Shown: positions 1 to 10,070, numbered from the stretch's first letter. The stretch: 64,000 bases of DNA from an uncultured Eubacteriales bacterium (GCA_949284175.1 CASDVE010000012.1:12906-76905), one strand, 5' to 3'. Numbers and translations are program-made. Notes: generated by a model from the letters alone, not told the origin.

Positions 1-341
1 TTTAGGCAAATATGACCATTCAGATTTAAAAATTCATTGCTATAATCCCAATAACGGACTTTTAATATCTTTTCCATTGCAAAGCCCGTTATGTACTCAA
101 GTATGGTCGCCCCAATCATACCAAATAGATAGACAAGAGCCATATGTTCTTTCACAGGAATGGTACAAACCAAAACCATAATCGCACCACTTCCATAAAT
201 CGGAAGCAAAGGTCCATGAATAAACCCTCGATTGACCCACCGCCTTTGGGTAAACGAAACAATACAAGATTCAATGCACCAGCCGATAAAACAATAGCAA
301 TAAAAAAACAAAAGCCATTGTACAATTGTATAAGAATACAT
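1..341 (-). CDS. Partial polytopic membrane protein (N-terminal part; gene runs off the window start), resembling the PF06541 'putative ABC-transporter type IV' family
   Basis: Minus-strand ATG at 339-341 preceded by GGAGAAAATC. Translation is MYSYTIVQWLLFFYCYCFIGWCIESC...GPLLPIYGSGAIMV..., hydrophobic with the GPxxPIYGxG signature. There is no stop before the window edge, so it is absent from the ORF track. Confidence 0.5.
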   Translation of the reverse strand, partial: MYSYTIVQWLLFFYCYCFIGWCIESCIVSFTQRRWVNRGFIHGPLLPIYGSGAIMVLVCTIPVKEHMALVYLFGMIGATILEYITGFAMEKILKVRYWDYSNEFLNLNGHICL

Positions 342-350
342 GATTTTCTC

Positions 351-1187
351 CTAATTTTTTGCTAACACAAACTGTTCAATGGCATATGCTACGCCATCTT
401 CCTCATTTGTCTTTGTGATAAAATCCGCTTCCTTCTTCACTTCCTCAATGGCGTTGCCCATAGCAACACCGAGTCCAGCCATGCGAATCATTTCTAAATC
501 ATTATTGCTATCTCCACAAACCATAATCTGTTCTGGATGAATGCCGAGGGTTTTAGCAAATGCGATTAACGCTCTTCCTTTTGTCGCTGTTTTACTATTT
601 AATTCAATGTTATTATCCATAGAACAAGTGGTCATCAGTCTTTCATCTTTTTCCCAATATTCATACGCTCTTTTCCGTTCATCCATATCATAAAAAATAA
701 CATTTACCTTTTCAATCTGGTCTGGATGCTCTTTTACAAACTGCCTTAAATCGTCCACAGGTGTTCGGCTCTTGATCATCATCTCTTTTTGCAAAATACC
801 GGATACATAATGTTCTATATTCTCAAATCGACTTCTCTCAGAATATGCCTTTCCTCCCACATACACATCCGGTAACGCATCCCATGAAAAACCATAGTCA
901 AGGGCTAAAAGGGTTGTTTCACAATCTAAGTAGTCAGAATAGAGGACTTTTCGTGTGTCAAATTCCATAACAGCTGCTCCATTTACAGTGAGGGCATAAG
1001 GCATTCCTTTTATGGCTTTCACTTCTTCTGGAATCGCCTCTATCCCCCGACCGGTAGCAGGCATCACAATCACCCCTTGTTCCATGGCCTTATAAAGGGT
1101 CTGTTTTGTATGTTCGGTTACAGTTTTATTGTCGGTTAATAAAGTTCCATCTAAATCAAGTGCGATTAGTCTAATATCTCGTTTCAT
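351..1187 (-). CDS. Cof-type HAD-IIB sugar-phosphate phosphatase
   Basis: N-terminal DLDGTLL motif and C-terminal GDSNNDLEM motif, 278 aa, as is typical of Cof/YidA-like hydrolases. Confidence 0.8.
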   Translation of the reverse strand: MKRDIRLIALDLDGTLLTDNKTVTEHTKQTLYKAMEQGVIVMPATGRGIEAIPEEVKAIKGMPYALTVNGAAVMEFDTRKVLYSDYLDCETTLLALDYGFSWDALPDVYVGGKAYSERSRFENIEHYVSGILQKEMMIKSRTPVDDLRQFVKEHPDQIEKVNVIFYDMDERKRAYEYWEKDERLMTTCSMDNNIELNSKTATKGRALIAFAKTLGIHPEQIMVCGDSNNDLEMIRMAGLGVAMGNAIEEVKKEADFITKTNEEDGVAYAIEQFVLAKN

Positions 1188-1321
1188 TATTTCCTCCTTA
1201 ACCTCTTATTCTCTGTCCTATTTTCTTTTATTATACCAAATATTGAAAAGACAATCCTCTCTTATTCTACACAGAAACTTTTTTCTTGGCAACCTTTTAT
1301 GGTTTCTATGATATAAAAATG

Positions 1322-3103
1322 CTAGAATTGATAGTTTTGGATGATGACTTGCATCGTTCTCATACCACGAAATTCATTGACTGATGGATAATAAGTGGCA
1401 TCCATATAAATGTTATTCTGCCTTCCTTGTAATAAATAATCCAATTGTTGTTGTCCAAAAATTTCTATAATCTTTTCTGTGAATGCTTCTATATCTCCAA
1501 AAAACAGACCATCCATTTGACATCCATCGTCGCTCTCCAATAAAAACTTCAATACATTTTTATTTTTCCCAAGAATTTTTCCTGTAACCAAATGGAGATG
1601 TTTTTGTGCGAAAAGCGGTTTTGGATTCCCCTTTCCAAATGGCTCTAATAAATCCAGCTGGTCGATCAGTCGTTCATTGATATAGCCAATTGGCATCGCT
1701 ACATCAATCACCACTTTTTCTACAAGATCTTCTTTTGTCATGGTAGTCTTTTCATTTAACATCTTTTTAAATAATTCTAAGTTCTCAACTGGCATAGAAA
1801 GTCCTGCTGCCATCGGATGCCCTCCAAACTTACTGAGGAGTTCCTTACACTTTGTCAACTCTTCATACATAGAGTACGCCTCAATGGAACGTCCAGAACC
1901 TTTTAGCCCACCATCCTCTGCCTTTGTCATAACAAAAACCGGTCTAGCAAAGGCTTCTCTTACACGCCCTGCAATAATTCCCGCAAGACTTTCATGACAA
2001 TCTGGTAAGTAAATCACAAGCACCTTATCTTCTCTTAAAGAAGTGGTTTCTACCTGTTCTATGGCTTGTTTTACCCCTTGCTCTGTCATGTCCTTTCTCT
2101 CGTCATTTAACTCTTTTACTTCCTTTGCCATCCGCTCAGCAAGTACTATATTTTCTTCTAATAATAATTTCAATCCCCGTTTAGCAGTATCCAACCGTCC
2201 ACTGGCATTTAAGCAAGGGCCGATGACAAAGCCTAAATGATAGGCGGACAATGTTTTATCCTCTAGCCCGTTGGCTTTTATAAGAGCTTGTAATCCAATA
2301 TTTTGTGTTCGGTTAAGCCTTTTTAACCCTTCCTTTACTAAAATGCGATTTTCTCCTTTTAAGTCGACCACATCGCATACGGTTGCAATGGCAGAAAATT
2401 CAATTAATTCCTCTATTCTTTGTTCGATTCCCGCTTTTCTATACAAATATTGAATGAGTTTTAATGCCACAGTAGCTCCGCAAATCAAAGGAAAAGGATA
2501 GGAGCAATCCGCTTGCTTTGGATTGATCACACAGTCTGCTGGTGGTATTTTATACGCCTTTTTTCCATCGTTCTCTTCATAGGGAACATCATGATGATCC
2601 GTCACAATCACTGTCAACCCGAGAGATTTTGCATAAGCAATTTGATCATAGGCGGCGATTCCATTATCGCAAGTAACAATCGTATCCACCCCTTGCTCTT
2701 TTGCTTCTCGAATCAAGCGTTCATTGATTCCATATCCATCTCGCATTCGATCGGGGATTTCATAATCCACATTTGCTAATAGGGTTTCAAACCCTTTTAA
2801 CAAAATATAGTTGGACATGATCCCATCCACATCATAATCGGAAATAATGCGAATCTTATCTCCTTTTCTAATTTTTTCCATCAAAATCTCAGCGGATTTT
2901 TCCATATCTTTGAAAAGAATCGGATCGTGCAATTGTAAAAGAGAAGGATTTAGATACTGCTCAATCTCTTTTTCTTCGATCACATCACGATTTCTTATCA
3001 GTCTGGCAATCACTGGATCCACTTGAAATTTCTGCCCTATCCCATAAAAATCTGCCCGTTTTCCAGCTAAAAACCATTTCTCCTTCTTTCGTTCTCGGTT
3101 CAT
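1322..3103 (-). CDS. recJ: Single-stranded-DNA-specific exonuclease RecJ
   Basis: DHH motifs (SDYDVDG, TCDNG, VTDHHD) and the DHHA1 GGHPMAAG motif; 593 aa. Confidence 0.9.
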   Translation of the reverse strand: MNRERKKEKWFLAGKRADFYGIGQKFQVDPVIARLIRNRDVIEEKEIEQYLNPSLLQLHDPILFKDMEKSAEILMEKIRKGDKIRIISDYDVDGIMSNYILLKGFETLLANVDYEIPDRMRDGYGINERLIREAKEQGVDTIVTCDNGIAAYDQIAYAKSLGLTVIVTDHHDVPYEENDGKKAYKIPPADCVINPKQADCSYPFPLICGATVALKLIQYLYRKAGIEQRIEELIEFSAIATVCDVVDLKGENRILVKEGLKRLNRTQNIGLQALIKANGLEDKTLSAYHLGFVIGPCLNASGRLDTAKRGLKLLLEENIVLAERMAKEVKELNDERKDMTEQGVKQAIEQVETTSLREDKVLVIYLPDCHESLAGIIAGRVREAFARPVFVMTKAEDGGLKGSGRSIEAYSMYEELTKCKELLSKFGGHPMAAGLSMPVENLELFKKMLNEKTTMTKEDLVEKVVIDVAMPIGYINERLIDQLDLLEPFGKGNPKPLFAQKHLHLVTGKILGKNKNVLKFLLESDDGCQMDGLFFGDIEAFTEKIIEIFGQQQLDYLLQGRQNNIYMDATYYPSVNEFRGMRTMQVIIQNYQF

Positions 3104-3136
3104 AATTCTCCTTTTTATATATTATCTTTATACAGA

Positions 3137-3203
3137 CGAAAAAATCCGTAAACTCAGATAGAATTATCAATACTGATCTTCTCCTCATCCGAGTTTGCGG
3201 ATT
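3137..3203 (-). terminator. Long stem-loop plus U-tract downstream of scfB
   Basis: Arms at 3187-3203 and 3143-3159 pair over 17 bp (one mismatch, one G-U). They are followed on the minus strand by TTTTTCG. Confidence 0.5.
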
Positions 3204-3213
3204 CTTTTTTCTA

Positions 3214-4587
3214 TTATGCCTCTTGTCCTTCTTCAGCGTCTGCAAGAGCCGCTTTGATCATAATGGCACATTCAATTCTCTTCTTTTGAAGCTCACAGCC
3301 GATTTCATATGGTTCCAAAATAGATTCATGGAACTTATAAGAATTGGCAGAACATCCACCACTACAATAAAATCTTGCAAAACAATTTCTACATTGTTCT
3401 TTTGCATAGACATTGCAAAGTTTAAATTCATCGCAGATTTCTTTCTCTTTGATTCCTTCAAATACATTTCCTAATAAATACTCGTCAATTCCAACGAATT
3501 GATGACATGGATAAAGATCACCTTGTGGTGTCACCGCTAAATATTCCGTTCCTGATCCGCAACCGGATAAACGTTTTGCCACACAAGGACCGCCTGTTAA
3601 ATCGATCATAAAGTGGAAGAAATTAAATCCTCTTCCTTCTTTTTCTCTTTTGATCATTTCTTTTGCAAGGCGATCATACTCTGCTAATACTGTTGGAATG
3701 TCTTCTTCTTTGATTGACCATGGATCATCTTCGGAAGATACAACAGGTTCTACGGAGATCTGTTTGAATCCAAGATCCGCAAAATGAAGAACATCATTTG
3801 CAAAATCCAGATTATGATGTGTGAACGTTCCACGAATGTAGTATTTATCTTGATGACGAGTTTCTGCAAACTTTAAGAATTTTGGCATACTGATGTCATA
3901 CGCACTTCCTTTTCCCTTTGGAAATGGACGCATATAGTCGTTTACTTCTTTACGACCATCACAACTTAAGACAACGTTTGCCATCTCTTTGTTACAAAAT
4001 TCCATAATCTCATCATTTAAAAGAATTCCATTGGTTGTCAAAGTAAAGCGGAAATTCTTATTGTGTTTCTCTTCTAAAGAGCGTCCATAAGCGACGATTT
4101 CTTTTACCACTTTAAAGTTAAGTGTTGGCTCTCCACCAAAGAAATCCACTTCTAAGTTTCTTCTATTTCCTGAATTTTCAATTAAGAAATCAATGGCTTT
4201 CTTCCCAACTTCTGCACTCATCATACAGCGATCGCCATGGTATTCTCCTTCTTCTGCAAAGCAATAGCGACAGGCTAAATTACAGTCATGTGCAATATGT
4301 AGACAAAGTGCTTTTACAACTGTTTTTCTCTTCTTGAAATCAATAATATAGTCTTTATAATTATCTTCTGTAAAAAGCACCTCTGCTTCTACAAGCTGTT
4401 TGATTTCCTCAATCGCCTCTATAATATCAGCACGATCGTACTGTGGCAGTTTTTCAATGATCTCTTCTGTATCATGATCTTCATAAAGAGCAATGATATC
4501 ATAGACCATATCATCCACCACATGAACCGATCCACTGCAAACGTCTAATACAATATTATATCCATTATTTTTGTACTGATGTACCAT
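3214..4587 (-). CDS. scfB: Radical SAM/SPASM peptide maturase, SCIFF-type (ScfB)
   Basis: CNLACRYC radical-SAM CxxxCxxC motif. C-terminal SPASM Cys cluster (CRNCFARFYCSGGCSANS). 457 aa, immediately downstream of a SCIFF precursor gene. Confidence 0.85.
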   Translation of the reverse strand: MVHQYKNNGYNIVLDVCSGSVHVVDDMVYDIIALYEDHDTEEIIEKLPQYDRADIIEAIEEIKQLVEAEVLFTEDNYKDYIIDFKKRKTVVKALCLHIAHDCNLACRYCFAEEGEYHGDRCMMSAEVGKKAIDFLIENSGNRRNLEVDFFGGEPTLNFKVVKEIVAYGRSLEEKHNKNFRFTLTTNGILLNDEIMEFCNKEMANVVLSCDGRKEVNDYMRPFPKGKGSAYDISMPKFLKFAETRHQDKYYIRGTFTHHNLDFANDVLHFADLGFKQISVEPVVSSEDDPWSIKEEDIPTVLAEYDRLAKEMIKREKEGRGFNFFHFMIDLTGGPCVAKRLSGCGSGTEYLAVTPQGDLYPCHQFVGIDEYLLGNVFEGIKEKEICDEFKLCNVYAKEQCRNCFARFYCSGGCSANSYKFHESILEPYEIGCELQKKRIECAIMIKAALADAEEGQEA

Positions 4588-4669
4588 AATGAACTCCTTT
4601 CTAAACAGAGGAATAGAGGCTGTCCAAAGAACTCATGCTTTGAACCGCCCCTATTTAATGTTAAAGTGA

Positions 4670-4700
4670 ATATCAGCAGGATGAAAAACCCTGCTGATAT
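4670..4700 (-). promoter_or_regulatory. Perfect 11-bp intercistronic stem-loop between scfA and scfB (possible attenuator or processing/stability element)
   Basis: ATATCAGCAGG (4670-4680) pairs with CCTGCTGATAT (4690-4700) across a 9-nt loop. No strong U-tract follows on the minus strand. Confidence 0.4.
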
Positions 4701-4868
4701 CGGTAAGCTTTCCCTTACCTAACGATGAGAAGTCAATTCTTTCTCTCGTTTTTAACCATGAAAAGTACGCTTTGCGAACTTCTCTGACTCGCAGACAGTC
4801 GCCATATGTAAACTATATGCTCTCGCATGGCTCGTTGTCTTTGCGTAAAACAGATAGTAGACCTGTTA

Positions 4869-5009
4869 TTATTTTTGTTCGCAACTCTGGTTTCCTACTG
4901 TACAAGATGTCTTACAAGCTGACTGACAAGATGTCTGGCATTCACCACATCCGCCTTTTTTTACAGTATCTTTTAAAGATTTTGTTGCTAAAGATTTGAT
5001 ATGTTTCAT
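4869..5009 (-). CDS. scfA: SCIFF (six cysteines in forty-five residues) ribosomal peptide precursor
   Basis: Hand translation of the minus strand gives MKHIKSLATKSLKDTVKKGGCGECQTSCQSACKTSCTVGNQSCEQK* (46 aa, 6 Cys). RBS AAGGAGG lies 7 nt upstream of the ATG. It is below the ORF-track cutoff. The track ORF 4772..4999(+) is its antisense artefact. Confidence 0.9.
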   Translation of the reverse strand: MKHIKSLATKSLKDTVKKGGCGECQTSCQSACKTSCTVGNQSCEQK

Positions 5010-5082
5010 CTTCACGCCTCCTTATCCTATGATATAACTTGAATTATTATAGCATTAGAATGTCGATCTTTCAAGTATTTTC

Positions 5083-5445
5083 TCAACCTAACATTCCTCC
5101 TGCCATCCCGCCACCAACACAGAGCAGACAAGTTGTCACCATGCTTGTAGAAACAGAATCAATCTCTTGATTCACAAGAAAAGAGGCGGTAACAATGACT
5201 GCCACATATAAAACACCTAACACAATTCCCCATAGAAATTTCTTTTCTTTAATATGTCTTCCAGCATAAAACCCTCCGATCAAGGTTGCCACAACATAGG
5301 TGGCGGTAATCCCAAAGTTCACCATTTTTTCTCCCATTTCAAACTGGTAAACGGCAAATGCTAACAGTGCTAGTACAACCCCTGTAAACACATAGGATGC
5401 CAGGAGTCCTCGAAATATTTCCATCATTTTCTTTGATAAAGTCAT
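5083..5445 (-). CDS. Small integral membrane protein (about 4 TM helices; TIGR04086-like)
   Basis: 120 aa, strongly hydrophobic and Gly-rich helices, immediately upstream of scfA. Confidence 0.55.
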   Translation of the reverse strand: MTLSKKMMEIFRGLLASYVFTGVVLALLAFAVYQFEMGEKMVNFGITATYVVATLIGGFYAGRHIKEKKFLWGIVLGVLYVAVIVTASFLVNQEIDSVSTSMVTTCLLCVGGGMAGGMLG

Positions 5446-5541
5446 CTTTTATTCCTCCTTTTGTCCACTTTTATAAATATGTATAGATATTTTTCCTACC
5501 TATTCTTTATTTATATGATTTGTGAACAAAATTTATGAATC

Positions 5542-6741
5542 CTATGACTCAAATTTTATATGTAAAATCATGATTTCGCTATCCGTTCCCACTCTCATGT
5601 CAGGCCCCCAAAGTCCCACTCCTGATGTAACACACGAATACATTTTCCCTTTCTTTATGACCCCATTTGAATTTTTCCAAAAAAGTTTTGTAAAAAGATT
5701 GCCCGGAAACATTTGTCCATCGTGGGTATGTCCCGATAAATCCACATCCGCTCCTGCTTTTTCTAATTGGGCTAACTCCTTTGGCTGGTGATCCATAACA
5801 AGAATCGGTTTGCTCTTATCCAAACCACTTAACAGATCTTTTGGACTTTTCCTTGTGATTCCAAGTTTCTTTGCCCTTTGGGGATCTTCTCTTCCTGCCA
5901 AATAAAAAGAATCATCGATACAGATGACTTGCTCTGTTAACATTTGAATATTGGCACGATCTAAAAACTGTTCAAATCTCTCATCTTCCTCTTTTTCCTC
6001 TCCTGAATCAAACGTAAACCCTGCTAGTATCCTTTCGTTCCAATCATGATTGCCAGGTATCCCATAAACCCCATAGGTGCTTTTGATTCCTCGAAGAATT
6101 TCAGCAATTCTATCCGGATCTTGAATCGCATCAAATTCATTATCAAATTGATCTCCTGCCACACAGACAAGATCCACATCCTCTTTATTAATAGCATTCA
6201 CCATTTGCTTTATCTTCTTTTCGCCAATGCTATATCCCAAATGCCAATCCGCTGTCAGTGCCACAGTGAGTTCTGAATGTTTCCACGCCTTTTGTATATG
6301 AAGTGTTCGATGATCGACAACTAGTTTTTTTGAATGCACCATTCCATATACACTTAAAACTAGAATGGTTAAGATGGCAAGTCCTCCAATGATTAAAAAT
6401 GCCCTTCTTGTCCCAAACCAAGTTTCAGGTAACCATCTACTTTTCTTCCCCACTCTTCTTACCAGATCAAAACATACAACTGTCATTAAAATATATGCAA
6501 ACGTGCCAAGCCAATAATTGCTGATCACTTTTAAAACTCTATGGAGCGGATCTTTTTGTATTAAAAACGATGTCAACAAAGTAGTAGAGATCAACACATA
6601 AAGGGTTATGACACATCCTCTTACGATCCATGACTGAAAAAGATAATGGCAGGCACTCATGTATTGTAATAACCACCATGCTACATAAACGTTGACTGAA
6701 ATATAAATTGGAGATAGCAAAATCGCTCCCACAACACACAC
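5542..6741 (-). CDS. Membrane-anchored metallophosphoesterase
   Basis: N-terminal TM helices followed by calcineurin-like motifs (ADWHLG, AGDQFD, GNHD, GHTHDGQ). Confidence 0.8.
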   Translation of the reverse strand: MCVVGAILLSPIYISVNVYVAWWLLQYMSACHYLFQSWIVRGCVITLYVLISTTLLTSFLIQKDPLHRVLKVISNYWLGTFAYILMTVVCFDLVRRVGKKSRWLPETWFGTRRAFLIIGGLAILTILVLSVYGMVHSKKLVVDHRTLHIQKAWKHSELTVALTADWHLGYSIGEKKIKQMVNAINKEDVDLVCVAGDQFDNEFDAIQDPDRIAEILRGIKSTYGVYGIPGNHDWNERILAGFTFDSGEEKEEDERFEQFLDRANIQMLTEQVICIDDSFYLAGREDPQRAKKLGITRKSPKDLLSGLDKSKPILVMDHQPKELAQLEKAGADVDLSGHTHDGQMFPGNLFTKLFWKNSNGVIKKGKMYSCVTSGVGLWGPDMRVGTDSEIMILHIKFES

Positions 6742-6966
6742 TTCCTTTCTATTATATATCTATAATCCTGTGTTACGATCCTAATCGATTGATACCAAAA
6801 ATGCAAGAAAAAAACGGCAATTTTACCATTTCTGAATCGAAACTTCTTATTTCATTGTCCACTTCTTGTCATAGGATCTTTTTCATATTATAATAGAACA
6901 CATATCCTATTGTGGAACAATCATAACAATATATGGATGAAACTTACATATAAAGGAGAATTTATC

Positions 6967-7593
6967 ATGCGTTATACTTATTCACCCAAACTGGATTTTA
7001 TGGGCGTAGAACGGAATTTTGCTATTTTCATTCCAATTTTACTTCCCAACCATTCTCCTCATCTATCTTTAACTGCTCCCCACGTGCTCTTTGAAGTCCG
7101 TTCCTCTACGCTACGACAACAGCCTTCTGAAATCTGCTTTCCAGGTGGTAAAATAGAAGAAGGAGAAACGCCAGAGTATTCAGCAGTTCGAGAAACCTGT
7201 GAAGAATTATTGCTTTCTAATAAACAAGTGGAATTATTGACTGCAACGGATTTTATTATCACACCATCCAATCGAGTTCTCTATCCACATATCGGAATGC
7301 TTCATGATTATCATGGAACCTATAATGAAGAAGAGGTGGCAGAAACTTTTCTTGTTCCTCTTTCCTTCTTTCAATCAACAAAACCTGATATTTATTATAA
7401 TACAGTATCCATTTTGCCATCGGATAACTTCCCTTTTGAAAAAATGCCTAATAAAACTAGTTATGCCTTTGAAGGAGGAACGTATCCCGTTCCCTTTTAT
7501 GAATACAATGGTCGTATTATATGGGGATTAACCGCCCGTATCATTCAGGCAATGCTCCCTAGATTGGAGGTATTAAAAAATGAGTTATATTGA
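6967..7593 (+). CDS. NUDIX hydrolase (CoA pyrophosphatase-like)
   Basis: Nudix box GGKIEEGETPEYSAVRETCEEL. I prefer the ATG at 6967, which follows AAAGGAG, over the track start at 6910. Confidence 0.75.
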   Translation: MRYTYSPKLDFMGVERNFAIFIPILLPNHSPHLSLTAPHVLFEVRSSTLRQQPSEICFPGGKIEEGETPEYSAVRETCEELLLSNKQVELLTATDFIITPSNRVLYPHIGMLHDYHGTYNEEEVAETFLVPLSFFQSTKPDIYYNTVSILPSDNFPFEKMPNKTSYAFEGGTYPVPFYEYNGRIIWGLTARIIQAMLPRLEVLKNELY

Positions 7594-8431
7594 TTTACAC
7601 ACCCATACAACCGCATCGGATGGAACCGATACACCAACCATGCTCGTGAAACGTGCTTTAGAATTAAATTTAAGTGCTATCGCTATTACGGATCACGATA
7701 CCGTATCCGGTGTAGAAGAAGGGCTTATATCTGCTAGAGGAACTTCCCTTACTGTGATTCCTGGAATCGAACTTTCCTGCCACTATAAAAACAAAGAAAT
7801 TCATATGTTAGGTTATTTTGTTGACATCTATGATAAAACTTTTTTAGAGAAATTAGAGGAGCTAAAAAAAGCGAGAGAATTTCGCAATGAGCAGATGCGT
7901 CAAAAACTAGCAGAAGCTGGTATGGAACTTACGATGGAGCAGATTCAAGAAAATAATAAAAAGACAGTCATTACAAGAGCACATTTTGCTCGTGCATTGG
8001 AAAAAGCTGGCTATATCAAGACAAAGGATGAGGCATTTTCCAAATATATTGGAGATGGCTGCCCTTGTTATGTAAAAAAACCAGATTTTTCTCCAATGGA
8101 TGCTATCGATGTCATAAAAAAAGCTGGCGGAGTTGCTGTACTTGCTCATCCAATGCTTTATAAACTTGGCTATGAGGAACTAGATGCCTTAATTGCTCAG
8201 TTAAAAGAGTTCGGACTCACTGGAGTCGAGGTTTACCACTCCTCTCACAATATCTCAAATAGCGGTAAATTACGAGAGCTGATTCGCCCTTATGATCTAT
8301 TGCCAACAGGGGGTTCTGATTACCACGGTACCAATAAGCAAAATGTCTTTCTTGGCACAGGTTATGGCGGAATGCGAGTTTCTCATGCTTTGCTTGATGA
8401 CTTAAAAAAAATAGCTGATAAATCTCTTTAA
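7580..8431 (+). CDS. PHP-domain phosphoesterase (TrpH/YciV-like)
   Basis: IDLHTHTTASDG N-terminal motif and C-terminal GGSDYHG. It overlaps the NUDIX gene by 14 nt. Confidence 0.8.
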   Translation: MSYIDLHTHTTASDGTDTPTMLVKRALELNLSAIAITDHDTVSGVEEGLISARGTSLTVIPGIELSCHYKNKEIHMLGYFVDIYDKTFLEKLEELKKAREFRNEQMRQKLAEAGMELTMEQIQENNKKTVITRAHFARALEKAGYIKTKDEAFSKYIGDGCPCYVKKPDFSPMDAIDVIKKAGGVAVLAHPMLYKLGYEELDALIAQLKEFGLTGVEVYHSSHNISNSGKLRELIRPYDLLPTGGSDYHGTNKQNVFLGTGYGGMRVSHALLDDLKKIADKSL

Positions 8432-8495
8432 GATTTATCAGCTATTTTTCTTTCCACAAAAGCAGTTACTTATGTGTATCTTTTATCATTTTTTA

Positions 8496-9125
8496 TTAGT
8501 CATCCCATACAACGCGAACACTGATTACTTTTTTAATAGAACTGTCTGTTTTAGAAGAGATTTGAATTTTACCAGTTCCACTCTTTTTGCCGTACACATT
8601 GCCATATTTGTCAACGGATACGATGGATGGAGTTAAAGATTTATAAGTTAAATTCCGGCTTACAATCTTATTTCCGTTACGAACTACTGCTTCGATGTCT
8701 TCGCTGTCCCCAACTTCCACTTCAAAATCATTCTCGTCTTCTACATCAATATAAGTTCTTCCCTCTTTTACTGTTACTTTGCAAGTTTTCTTCACATCTG
8801 TGCCTTGAATTTTACATGTAACCGTAGCACTACCGGATTTTAATGCCTTAAATTCCATTTCGTCGCCTCTGTTGTCATCATCCCAAATAGCTACAATATT
8901 GTCATTGCTTGAAGACCATACAAAGTAATCATCCTCTACATTATACTGGCTTGTGTAGACTTTTAATTCAAATTTCTTTCCTAAGTCAACAGTTTTACTT
9001 GTACTAGAAATTTTATCAATTTTAGTTGGTTTTACATCCCTACCAGCAAAAACACTAACTGGAGTAAGCATCATAGTTCCTGCCATTGCAATTGCTACAA
9101 CTTTTGATAATAAATTTTTCTTCAT
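8496..9125 (-). CDS. Secreted protein with bacterial Ig-like (Big_2-type) domains
   Basis: Signal peptide MKKNLLSKVVAIAMAGTMMLTPVSVFA. Two repeated beta-rich modules (ATVTCKIQG...KVTV; GTGKIQISS...VRVV). Confidence 0.6.
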   Translation of the reverse strand: MKKNLLSKVVAIAMAGTMMLTPVSVFAGRDVKPTKIDKISSTSKTVDLGKKFELKVYTSQYNVEDDYFVWSSSNDNIVAIWDDDNRGDEMEFKALKSGSATVTCKIQGTDVKKTCKVTVKEGRTYIDVEDENDFEVEVGDSEDIEAVVRNGNKIVSRNLTYKSLTPSIVSVDKYGNVYGKKSGTGKIQISSKTDSSIKKVISVRVVWDD

Positions 9126-9271
9126 AATGTATTTCCTCCTTTAATTCAGCACCGTTTTATTACATATCATTTTAATGCTATCTAGCATTATCTATCAACT
9201 TCATATTTCCTTTTGATATATATACTATAAATGAGAAAAATTAAAAGAAGATTAAAAACAAAAAAATTTTT

Positions 9272-10045
9272 TTAATTTCCATATTCAATGCTTATTTCAT
9301 TGAATTTAGTTAAAATATCATCAATTTTTACTTTTTTCTTTTCTTCTTGCTTCTTATCCAGAATCACCTTTCCTTGGTGCATCATGCAAAGACGGTTGCC
9401 ATACTCCACTGCATATCGCAGATTATGAGTGACCATAATCGTTGTTATCTGTTTTTCTTTTACAATTTTATGTGTAAGCTCCATAATGATTTCAGCGGTC
9501 TTTGGATCCAGTGCAGCAGTGTGCTCATCCAAGATCAAGAAATCAATAGGAGTCATGGTGGACATCAAAAGAGCCATTGCTTGACGCTGTCCTCCGGATA
9601 ACACTCCCACTTTCACATCCATTTTATCTTCTAATCCAAGTCCTAACGTTTTAAGACTCTCTCGATAGTAGTCCATACGATGTTTCTTTGTTCCAAGCTG
9701 TAAATGAAATGGCTTTCCTTTATTATCCGCCAGTGACATATTTTCTAAAATGGTCATATTCGGACACGTTCCAAACGCTGGATTTTGATACACCCTTCCT
9801 ATCACTCTTTGTCGCTTATACTCTGGCATCCTTGTAATATCTTTTTCATTTACCATGATCGTTCCACTGTCAATAGGTATGCTTCCACAAATAATATTTA
9901 ACATAGAAGTTTTTCCTGAACCATTGCTTCCCACAACAGAAACAAATTCTTGATCTGCGATCTCCAAATTAAAATTGTGAAAAAGACACATCTCATTGAC
10001 AGTTCCTTTATTATAATATTTATGAATATCCTTTAATCTCAACAT
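9272..10045 (-). CDS. ABC transporter ATP-binding protein (PF04392-type uptake system)
   Basis: Walker A GSNGSGKTS, signature LSGGQRQ, Walker B LILDEHTAALD. Confidence 0.85.
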   Translation of the reverse strand: MLRLKDIHKYYNKGTVNEMCLFHNFNLEIADQEFVSVVGSNGSGKTSMLNIICGSIPIDSGTIMVNEKDITRMPEYKRQRVIGRVYQNPAFGTCPNMTILENMSLADNKGKPFHLQLGTKKHRMDYYRESLKTLGLGLEDKMDVKVGVLSGGQRQAMALLMSTMTPIDFLILDEHTAALDPKTAEIIMELTHKIVKEKQITTIMVTHNLRYAVEYGNRLCMMHQGKVILDKKQEEKKKVKIDDILTKFNEISIEYGN

Positions 10046-10070
10046 AATTTCTCACCTGCTCTTCTCTTTC

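Noticed and set aside
4772-4999. 75-aa plus-strand ORF in the supplied track.
   Set aside because: It is the antisense frame of the SCIFF precursor gene and its leader. It has no RBS and a low-complexity translation, whereas the minus-strand reading gives a textbook SCIFF peptide.
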